From assembly GCA_050173015.1 (NCBI GenBank), contig JBFXLE010000035.1:1-29105 (forward strand): a DNA stretch of 29,105 nucleotides, written 5' to 3'. Both the position numbers and the translations under genes were made by a program. The DNA is from Calditrichaceae bacterium. Its GTDB lineage: Bacteria > Calditrichota > Calditrichia > Calditrichales > JBFXGD01. Under the pieces are notes generated by a model. It saw only the letters and a list, made by a program, of their open reading frames with translations, had not been told where the DNA came from and did not search any database. This document shows positions 17,315 to 25,166 of this stretch, in pieces (the stretch's first letter is position 1; every line of letters begins with the position of its first letter).

Positions 17315-17953
17315 ATGCGTATAACTATTGTTTTTGATAATACAAGTTTATCGGCAGATTACCAGGCAGACTGGGGTTTCGCGTGCTTCATTGAAACCGA
17401 ACACAGACGAATTTTATTTGACACCGGAGCGGATGGGGAAATACTGTTGGATAACATGCAGGCGCTGGGAATCGATCCCAAATCAGTGGATGATGTATTT
17501 ATCAGCCATAACCATTTTGATCACATCGGCGGCTTGTCCGCTTTTTTAAATGTAAATAATAATGTACGATTATTTCTTCCAAATTCACTGCGCGGTGTGC
17601 GTAAAGCCCGTGAGATAATCTATATTGACGAAGCCAGACAAATTGATGAAGGTCTCTTTACGACCGGTGAGCTGGATGGCCTGGAACAATCACTGGCGGT
17701 GCAAACATCAAAAGGGCTTGTTATTATCGTTGGTTGCGCGCATCCCCAAATGCAAAACATATTAACATCCGCTTCACAATTCGGCGATATTTACGGAATT
17801 ATCGGCGGATTGCATGGTTTCGATGAATTTCATCTGTTTAATGATTTAAAACTTTTTTGTCCGACTCACTGTACTCAACATAAATCAGAAATAAAAAATT
17901 TGTTTCCTTTATATCATTCTGAAGGAGGCGTGGGTTGGACAATAAATATTTAA
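17315..17953 (+). CDS. MBL-fold metallo-hydrolase (COG1237 / MJ0301-like subgroup)
   Basis: WGF, LFDTG, SHNHFDHIGG, GCAHP, GGLH, HCT. Confidence 0.9.
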   Translation: MRITIVFDNTSLSADYQADWGFACFIETEHRRILFDTGADGEILLDNMQALGIDPKSVDDVFISHNHFDHIGGLSAFLNVNNNVRLFLPNSLRGVRKAREIIYIDEARQIDEGLFTTGELDGLEQSLAVQTSKGLVIIVGCAHPQMQNILTSASQFGDIYGIIGGLHGFDEFHLFNDLKLFCPTHCTQHKSEIKNLFPLYHSEGGVGWTINI

Positions 17954-17969
17954 TAGAGGATACAATATT

Positions 17970-18281
17970 ATGAACGTAACCATTACTCAGGAAGATATTT
18001 GGCATATTCTGGAACAGATACAGCATCCGGAGATAGCCGCATCACTCACCGACCTGGGAATGATCCTGGATCATGCAATAGACGGAGAGCGTGTTAATGT
18101 GGCATTGGCCCTGCCGGCAGCGAAAATTCCGCAAGCTGTTGAGGATGCCATCATTCAAAGCATATCTAAACCGCTGGCCGCAGAGGGATTTCAAACAAAT
18201 ATCCAGTTTTTTGATATGAGTGAAGACGGTCGCCGGAAGTTCTTTGCCTTAGCAAAAGCAAACTGGAAGGGCGCCATATAA
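17970..18281 (+). CDS. DUF59 / SufT-like Fe-S assembly domain protein (atypical)
   Basis: LEQIQHPEIAASLTDLGMI matches the DUF59 N-terminal pattern; AGAGGA RBS. Confidence 0.75.
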   Translation: MNVTITQEDIWHILEQIQHPEIAASLTDLGMILDHAIDGERVNVALALPAAKIPQAVEDAIIQSISKPLAAEGFQTNIQFFDMSEDGRRKFFALAKANWKGAI

Positions 18282-18303
18282 TTTATAGAAGGGATAGAAA
18301 ATT

Positions 18304-19260
18304 ATGACATCTCAAGATATAAAAAATATTGTGTTTGGGCCCGTCCCTTCACGGCGTCTGGGCCGAAGCCTTGGTATAAATAATATCCCGCCCAAGATTT
18401 GCAGTTATGGCTGTATCTATTGCCAGGTTGGAAAAACTAATTCCATGAGTATTGCGCGACAGCCCTATTACAGTCCTCAGTTAATTTTTGATATAGTAAA
18501 AGAAAGGGTCAGCCACTGCCGGGGAAAAAATGAGCCAATTGATTATCTCGCCTTTGTACCGGACGGTGAACCCACCCTGGATTTAAATCTGGGTGAGACG
18601 ATTAATCTGATAAAATCACTTGATATTCCGATTGCGGTCATTACCAACAGCTCATTGATTAACCGCGAAGAAGTACAGAATGAATTGCTCCAATGTGATT
18701 GGATTTCATTTAAAGCGGACTCGGTTGATCCGGGCCTGTGGCATCTTATTAACCGGCCGCATGGGAAACTAATGCTCAATGAATTACTGAATAACCTGAT
18801 TGGTTTTAAAGGCCGCTTTAGGGGTACGCTGGTAACAGAAACAATGATTGTACAAGGCATCAATGATGGTATATCAGATAATAAGAACACGGCAGACTAC
18901 CTGGCGCGGCTGCAACCTGACACAGCCTATATCGCTCTGCCGATCAGACCACCGGCGGAGTCAAGTGTGCGGCCCGCATCAGCTCAATCCATAACGAACA
19001 TATATCAAATATTTAAAAAACATTTAAAACAGGTGGAATTATTAACCGGTTATGAGGGTAACAAATTTTCATCATTAGGGAATATCCATGATGATATTCT
19101 CAGCATAACAGCCGTTCATCCAATGCGCATGGACGCGCTGCAAAGACTATTGAGGAAAAAACACGTTGATTTAAAGCTGGTGGACGAAATGTTATCCAAT
19201 GGTGAAATTGTAAAATCCATTTACCGGGGGCAAACGTTTGTGCTTAAAGCTTTTAATTAA
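18304..19260 (+). CDS. Radical SAM protein (COG0731, TYW1-related)
   Basis: FGPVPSRRLGRSLGIN, CSYGCIYC, DGEPTL, ITNSS, RPPAE. Confidence 0.92.
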   Translation: MTSQDIKNIVFGPVPSRRLGRSLGINNIPPKICSYGCIYCQVGKTNSMSIARQPYYSPQLIFDIVKERVSHCRGKNEPIDYLAFVPDGEPTLDLNLGETINLIKSLDIPIAVITNSSLINREEVQNELLQCDWISFKADSVDPGLWHLINRPHGKLMLNELLNNLIGFKGRFRGTLVTETMIVQGINDGISDNKNTADYLARLQPDTAYIALPIRPPAESSVRPASAQSITNIYQIFKKHLKQVELLTGYEGNKFSSLGNIHDDILSITAVHPMRMDALQRLLRKKHVDLKLVDEMLSNGEIVKSIYRGQTFVLKAFN

Positions 19261-19309
19261 AAAATGACGGTCGTGTACTCATAAAAAATTAAGGAACTAA
19301 CCGACAATT

Positions 19310-21169
19310 ATGTTACATCTGAGAAATTCTTTTATAATGGCCCCTATAAAATTAGGGTATAGTGACGCATCCGGAGAAGTTAATCAAAAACATCTGAAAT
19401 TTTATACAGACCGCGGCGCTCATATGGGGGCGATGACGCTGGAACCGCTTTTTCTTGATAGGGGATTACGTGAGATACCCACCCAGCTGGGAATTGATTC
19501 CGATGATAAGATAAGTGGATTGGGCATGCTGACCGATGCTATCCACCGGGAAGGCGCGAAAGTGATTGCCCATCTCAATCATCCCGGCAGAATGGTAAAT
19601 CCGAAAATGCCCGGTAATTGCTATGTCTCCGCTACTGACAAAGCATGTGAAAATGGCGGCGCGGTGCCGAAAAAGATGGATCAGGCCGATATGAATTCCG
19701 TCGTCGATCTATTCAAGACAGCGGCTTTGCGCGCTCAAAAGGCAGGATTTGATATGATCGAGCTGCAAATGGGACACGGCTATTTGCTGGCGCAATTTTT
19801 ATCACCGGAGGTCAACGACCGGACAGATGAATTTGGCGGCAGTTTTGAAAACCGCCTGCGTTTTCCCCTAATGATATTCGAAGCCGTTAAAAAAGCTGTG
19901 CATCTGCCAATTATTGTCAGGGTCAGCGGCTCAGAGATGACACATCATGGAATATTGATCAATGAAACCATCGCGCTTGCAAAGATACTGGAACGGAAAG
20001 GAGTGTCAGCCATACATGTTTCAGCCGGTACGGTATGTTCCACACCACCATGGTTTTTTCAACATATGTTTATTCCTAAAGGCAAAACCTGGGAAATGGC
20101 TGCCAATGTCAGGAAAGAACTGAATATTCCGGTCATTTTTGTGGGGCGGATAAATTCAATCCGCGATGTAGATCATTTAAAAAATGATTTTGGCGCTCAA
20201 TACGTGGCATTGGGACGGGCACTAGTGGCTGATCCTGATTTTGCGGGAAAGTATCTGCGGGAAACAGATGGTCGTATCCGCCCATGTCTGGCGTGTTCCG
20301 AAGGATGTCTTGGCGGTGTTCGTTCGGGCAAGGGATTAGGGTGCGTGGTGAATCCAGAGTTGGCCGATGACATCCCGCCCTTTACAAAGGCTGCGGGAAG
20401 CAGGCATTTTGCCATTGTCGGGGCAGGTCTGGCAGGAGCAGAAGCCGCGCTGACCTTGAAATCCCGTGGGTATGAGGTAACACTTTATGAAAAAGAATCC
20501 ATTGGTGGCCAATACCGTATGGCTTGGCTGCCGCCCGGGAAAGAAAGCTTGAAGGAAATTGTTGATTTTTACGAATTCGAGTTAAAAGAAAAAAACATCA
20601 ATATTATAAATAAAGAGGCCTCTGAATCTGATTTAATAAACAAGAAATTTGACGAGATCATTATAGCGACAGGAGCAGTGCCGGCTGTTCCTTCTGTAAA
20701 AGGTCTGGATAATTTTTTCTGGACTGAGTTTCTGCGTGATGAGAATATGCCTGTCAATAAAACCATCCTTATTCTCGGCGGCGGATTAATCGGCATGGAA
20801 GTGGCCAGCAAGTTGGCTGAGAAGGACAACAACGTGATTATTGTTGAAATGCTGGAAGAAGTGGCGCGTGGCATGGAAATGATCGAAAAAACCATGACAA
20901 TGCGCAAGCTCAGCATAGAAAATGTACAAATATTTACAGAAACACGGGTTATTGAAATTGCCGGAGATAAGGTTGTTCTTTCGGGAAAACATAATCAAAC
21001 CTTAAATAATATTGATCATATCGTTGTGGCAACAGGCATGACCAGCTATCATCCTTTATATGATAATCTGAAAGATAAAATAACGGTACATCTTATCGGG
21101 GATGCCAAAAAAGCAGGAAAAGCCCAGGATGCCATTCATGACGGATACAAACTGGCTTTAGAACTCTAA
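19310..21169 (+). CDS. NADH:flavin oxidoreductase (Old Yellow Enzyme barrel + 4Fe-4S + FAD domain; 2,4-dienoyl-CoA reductase/BaiCD-like)
   Basis: HPGR, AGFDMIELQMGHGYLLAQFLSP, NDRTDEFGGSFENR, CLACSEGC...C, GAGLAG, ATG, GGGLIG, GD. Confidence 0.93.
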   Translation: MLHLRNSFIMAPIKLGYSDASGEVNQKHLKFYTDRGAHMGAMTLEPLFLDRGLREIPTQLGIDSDDKISGLGMLTDAIHREGAKVIAHLNHPGRMVNPKMPGNCYVSATDKACENGGAVPKKMDQADMNSVVDLFKTAALRAQKAGFDMIELQMGHGYLLAQFLSPEVNDRTDEFGGSFENRLRFPLMIFEAVKKAVHLPIIVRVSGSEMTHHGILINETIALAKILERKGVSAIHVSAGTVCSTPPWFFQHMFIPKGKTWEMAANVRKELNIPVIFVGRINSIRDVDHLKNDFGAQYVALGRALVADPDFAGKYLRETDGRIRPCLACSEGCLGGVRSGKGLGCVVNPELADDIPPFTKAAGSRHFAIVGAGLAGAEAALTLKSRGYEVTLYEKESIGGQYRMAWLPPGKESLKEIVDFYEFELKEKNINIINKEASESDLINKKFDEIIIATGAVPAVPSVKGLDNFFWTEFLRDENMPVNKTILILGGGLIGMEVASKLAEKDNNVIIVEMLEEVARGMEMIEKTMTMRKLSIENVQIFTETRVIEIAGDKVVLSGKHNQTLNNIDHIVVATGMTSYHPLYDNLKDKITVHLIGDAKKAGKAQDAIHDGYKLALEL

Positions 21170-21173
21170 TATT

Positions 21174-22421
21174 ATGACAAAATTAACAACCGCGAGTTCA
21201 AAAATTAACTTCCGCGCTTTTATCTGGCATTCGGGATTTCTCGCGTTGGCCAGCAATTTTATGGATGTAGATACGATTATCCCATCAATGTTGATAAAAG
21301 CCGGCGGCAATTCCATTCATCTTGGTTTTATGACAGCCATTATGCTCGGCGGATCCAGTTTATTCCAGCTTGTTTTTGCCGGATATTTATCCGGAAAGCC
21401 CCGCAAAAAAAAATATCTGCTGACGGGGATAAATCTGAGAGTTGGGGCGCTTCTGGCGCTCGCGGTTTTGTTCATCACCTCTTCTTCAATAAGCAGTTCT
21501 CTGATCATCGTGCTGATTTTTTTGTTTATCTCAGTATTTTCATTCAGCGGCGCGTTTGCCAATGTTTCTTATGTGGATATTCTTGGTAAATCGGTACTGG
21601 AAAATAAACGCAAAAAGTTTTTCTCGCTTAAACAGATATTTGACAGTATTGGTTTGATCAGTACGGCATTTATTGTTCGTGAGCTCGTTACATATTTTGA
21701 ATACCCAAAGAACTATTTTGTTTTGTTTTTGATTGCCGGTTTGCTGCTGTTGGTAGCTTCACTGGGATTCTGGAGAATTCAGGAAACCTCATCCGCTGTC
21801 CGTTCGCACAAAGGTTTATTGGATTTTTTTCGCATGATTCCCGGCGAGATTCGCAACAATTCCAATCTTAAATATTACCTGCTGTTGATCAACACTCTGG
21901 GTTTAAGCCTTAGTCTGATGCCTTTTTTTATTTTGTTCGCTAAGGATAGTTTTGGATTAACATTTGAATCAGTTGGTAATTTTTTATTATTCAGGACAAT
22001 AGGAATGTTAGCCGCGGGGATAATATTATTTAAATTCTCCAGCCGTTTTATTTATAAACACCTGCTGATATTCCTGATTATATTGGGCGCTGCTTTGCCT
22101 TTGATCAGTTTGATGATGGCGCATTCGGCGGAAAATTATCACTATATTTTTATTCTGACCGGAATTTATGTAGCGATATATAAAGTGACCCTGAATGGCG
22201 TTCTTTTAGAAATATCAACCGATGAAAACCGGGCGACTTATGCGGGGATTTCAGGGGCAGGCAATATATTAACGACCCTTTTCCCCTTGTTTGCCGGCGT
22301 GCTCATATCGGCATTTGGTTATTTTATCGTTTTTTTAACGGTTACGGTTGTTATTCTGGTCAGTTTCGGTTTTGTGTTCAAACTTGACTGCAGACGAGTT
22401 CATTCATTATCAACCGGATAG
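21174..22421 (+). CDS. MFS transporter
   Basis: 415 aa with ~12 hydrophobic segments in two halves; starts 4 nt after the oxidoreductase stop. Confidence 0.85.
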   Translation: MTKLTTASSKINFRAFIWHSGFLALASNFMDVDTIIPSMLIKAGGNSIHLGFMTAIMLGGSSLFQLVFAGYLSGKPRKKKYLLTGINLRVGALLALAVLFITSSSISSSLIIVLIFLFISVFSFSGAFANVSYVDILGKSVLENKRKKFFSLKQIFDSIGLISTAFIVRELVTYFEYPKNYFVLFLIAGLLLLVASLGFWRIQETSSAVRSHKGLLDFFRMIPGEIRNNSNLKYYLLLINTLGLSLSLMPFFILFAKDSFGLTFESVGNFLLFRTIGMLAAGIILFKFSSRFIYKHLLIFLIILGAALPLISLMMAHSAENYHYIFILTGIYVAIYKVTLNGVLLEISTDENRATYAGISGAGNILTTLFPLFAGVLISAFGYFIVFLTVTVVILVSFGFVFKLDCRRVHSLSTG

Positions 22422-22426
22422 ACAGC

Positions 22427-23452
22427 ATGGAAATTCTTAAAATTATAGAACATGCTCTGATGATCACAAGTTTTGTGTTTATCATGATGCTGCTTATTGA
22501 ATATATCAATGTTCAAACGCGCGGTAACTGGCAGGAATCTTTGAAAAAAAGCCGTTGGGGGCAATATCTACTTAGTGCGTTTCTCGGCTCTGTTCCGGGC
22601 TGTCTCGGAGCTTTCACTGTCGTTTCGCTCTATTCGCATCGTGTCGTTAGTTTCGGTGCTCTTGTGACCGCTATGATCGCCACAAGCGGTGACGAGTCCT
22701 TTGTCATGTTTTCCATGTTCCCGCGGCAGGCGCTCTGGTTAACAGTGATCCTTTTTTTTGCGGGCATCGCGGCCGGTTATGTTACGGATATGCTATACAA
22801 AAAACAGGATCTTTTGTTAGATCTTGAAAACCATAATTTGCCCATTCACAAGCCGGAAGTATGCCACTGTTTCCCATCGGGAGAAATTTTGCGGCAGTTA
22901 AAAAACAGTACATTACCCCGCGCGCTGCTTATCGGGATTTTCGGCTTATTTTTATTCTTTATGATTAGCGGTTCAATCGGACCGGCCGCCTGGAACTGGA
23001 AAAAAATTACATTTACCGGAGGCGCGGTATTCGGTCTGTTTGTGGTCAGTACGGTACCGGATCATTTTCTGGAACAGCATTTATGGCAGCATGTATTAAA
23101 AAAACATCTACCAAGAATATTTATTTGGACATTTGCTGTTTTGCTGATCCTCCATTATATGGAGAATTATATTGATGTAAAACCATGGATTCAGGAGAAC
23201 TATTTTCAGGTTTTAATTATTGCCATACTGGTCGGAATAATCCCGGAATCCGGTCCCCACCTTGTCTTTGTTACCCTGTATGCTGCCGGCAGCTTGCCTT
23301 TTAGCATATTACTGGCCAGTTCTATCGTCCAGGACGGTCATGGAATGCTGCCGATGCTGGCTGTTTCGCGAAAAGGTTTTTTATTGGTTAAAGGCATAAA
23401 TATTTTAGTTGGTTTGATTATCGGTCTAATTTTTCAAACTGTATTCTTTTAA
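22427..23452 (+). CDS. Putative manganese/heavy-metal exporter (DUF2899/ArsP_2-like)
   Basis: PGCLGAF, IATSGDES, His/Cys loop (HNLPIH...CHC), DHFLEQHLWQH, PESGPH, VQDGHG. Confidence 0.8.
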   Translation: MEILKIIEHALMITSFVFIMMLLIEYINVQTRGNWQESLKKSRWGQYLLSAFLGSVPGCLGAFTVVSLYSHRVVSFGALVTAMIATSGDESFVMFSMFPRQALWLTVILFFAGIAAGYVTDMLYKKQDLLLDLENHNLPIHKPEVCHCFPSGEILRQLKNSTLPRALLIGIFGLFLFFMISGSIGPAAWNWKKITFTGGAVFGLFVVSTVPDHFLEQHLWQHVLKKHLPRIFIWTFAVLLILHYMENYIDVKPWIQENYFQVLIIAILVGIIPESGPHLVFVTLYAAGSLPFSILLASSIVQDGHGMLPMLAVSRKGFLLVKGINILVGLIIGLIFQTVFF

Positions 23453-23573
23453 ATTACAGAGAGAATTAATACATTATGCTACTATTTTGATATAAACGAG
23501 TAGGGATTTATGATATATATCCCGGGGTTTCCTCCGGTTCGTTTCTAAATCATCAAATATATGGTTCCTCTTA

Positions 23574-24173
23574 TTGGCCATTTTTTGTTTTCTCAGCCCT
23601 GCCGTCTCGGGTCCGGAAAGCAAAAATGAATTAATCAGGGAAGCAGTCCGGAATGAAATGAATCTGCGTCCGGAATCTACATTGATTGATCTTTATAAGC
23701 TCTTTTTTCAAGGAGCGTTTGGGCCCGGTCACATGATTGCAAATGAAGAGTCCGCAAAAAATTATCTTCAAAGAGAATTACAGACCGCTTCGAAGTTTGA
23801 TTCTGTCTTGTGGCAGGAAGCGGGATATGAATCCCGTTACTATCGGGTGAGCTTAACACTTATTGAGCAAGGCAGAATACCTCAGGATAGTCTCCTAAAA
23901 GCCTTTATCGGCAGCGCGAATAGCGCGGCGCCACCATCCATCAATGCCTGGAAGGCGGAATGGGAATATATTCTTAATATCATCCAAATGATGGAACCGG
24001 GTCTCCCAGGTTTTGATAAGGATATGGAGTATCTACAAAAAAGGCTTTCAGAAGGGAAAACCGCGGTTCATCACAGTGAACGATATTCTGAATTATATCA
24101 TCCGCATTATCGCATAGTGAATAAAGATTACTATGAATGGCTTCGCCGGCTCGATTCAAATAGTCAACCATAA
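23574..24173 (+). CDS. Conserved hypothetical protein, probably exported; start uncertain
   Basis: STLIDLYKLFFQGAFGPGH, YYRVSL, HHSERYSELYHPHYRIV. The frame is open back to 23514 but has no ATG upstream of TTG 23574. Confidence 0.75.
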   Translation: MAIFCFLSPAVSGPESKNELIREAVRNEMNLRPESTLIDLYKLFFQGAFGPGHMIANEESAKNYLQRELQTASKFDSVLWQEAGYESRYYRVSLTLIEQGRIPQDSLLKAFIGSANSAAPPSINAWKAEWEYILNIIQMMEPGLPGFDKDMEYLQKRLSEGKTAVHHSERYSELYHPHYRIVNKDYYEWLRRLDSNSQP

Positions 24174-24273
24174 GCAAGCATCCTAATTTTTTGCTCCGGC
24201 GGATCTGTTCCCGGGAATTTTCAGATCGGAGGAATTTGTTATCTGCAATTAAATTCATAAAAGGCTAATATTG

Positions 24274-24909
24274 ATGTTTCATAGTCCATTCACACTTTTA
24301 AATATACTTGATCTTATGGGGGTGGCGGTGTTTGCCGTAAGCGGCGCCCTTGCCGCGGGACGGAAGGGCCTTGATCTTTTAGGTGTTCTCGTGATTGCCG
24401 CTGTGACCGCCGTCGGAGGGGGCACGCTTCGGGATCTTCTGCTGGACCGGCATCCCATATTCTGGATTGACGATCCCGGTTTCCTGATTGTTATCATGGG
24501 AGCGTCGGTTTTTGCTATTGTGTATGTGCGGCTTAGAAAACCGCCCGGTAACGCGCTACTGATCGCCGACGCGCTGGGACTGGCGCTTTTTACGATTGCC
24601 GGGACCCAGATTGCTGAAACGGCCGGACTGCATCCGGTGATCATTGTGTTAATGGGAACCATGACCGGTGTTGCCGGTGGTGTGATACGGGATGTGTTAA
24701 GCGCGGAAGTTCCCCTGATCCTGCGGCGTGATATCTACGCGACAGCCGCCATATCCGGTTCATCTCTTTATTTGCTGATTCAGCTCTTTGGTGTCAGCCG
24801 TTACATTGCCGTGGGGGTCGGTTTGCTGACTGTTGTCATCCTCAGAGCAATGGCCATACTTTGGGGGCTGAGGCTGCCGGTGTTTCGCCTACCGCAAAAA
24901 CCGAATTAG
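24274..24909 (+). CDS. Trimeric intracellular cation channel / UPF0126 (YadS-like) membrane protein
   Basis: Two repeats: FAVSGA...GGGTLRD and DALGL...GGVIRD...EVP...IYA. Confidence 0.92.
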   Translation: MFHSPFTLLNILDLMGVAVFAVSGALAAGRKGLDLLGVLVIAAVTAVGGGTLRDLLLDRHPIFWIDDPGFLIVIMGASVFAIVYVRLRKPPGNALLIADALGLALFTIAGTQIAETAGLHPVIIVLMGTMTGVAGGVIRDVLSAEVPLILRRDIYATAAISGSSLYLLIQLFGVSRYIAVGVGLLTVVILRAMAILWGLRLPVFRLPQKPN

Positions 24910-25086
24910 CCGCCAAATCAGTGCCCCGTTCATTTTGACTGTGTTTTACAGGAATAATCCGGGGAATCCATTCCTTATATTTTTTTATACTTCATCTTAT
25001 AATCGATCGACAGGCCTTAAAACAGGGCTGCTCTAAGGCATCCGTTCATAAAAATAGTCCAATTCCAAATTAAAATTTGTTTGAAA

Positions 25087-25112
25087 GGTAACATCTTCGC
25101 ATAGTACTCGTA
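25087..25112 (+). promoter_or_regulatory. Putative ECF-sigma promoter of the MacAB-like operon
   Basis: GGTAAC-N16-CGTA, ending 54 nt before the ATG. Confidence 0.6.
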
Positions 25113-25166
25113 TTAACTATAAAACTCTTAGAATTTTAGTCCATTACAAATTTAACGGAGCATAAA

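Noticed and set aside
13694-23452. Selenocysteine read-through in cluster genes
   Set aside because: TGA stops (15302, 16269) fall at natural C-termini, and motif positions such as PGC and CGGC use Cys codons.
24174-24270. Glycine riboswitch ahead of the UPF0126 gene
   Set aside because: Only an imperfect hairpin (GATCTG...CAGATC); conserved glycine-aptamer motifs not found.
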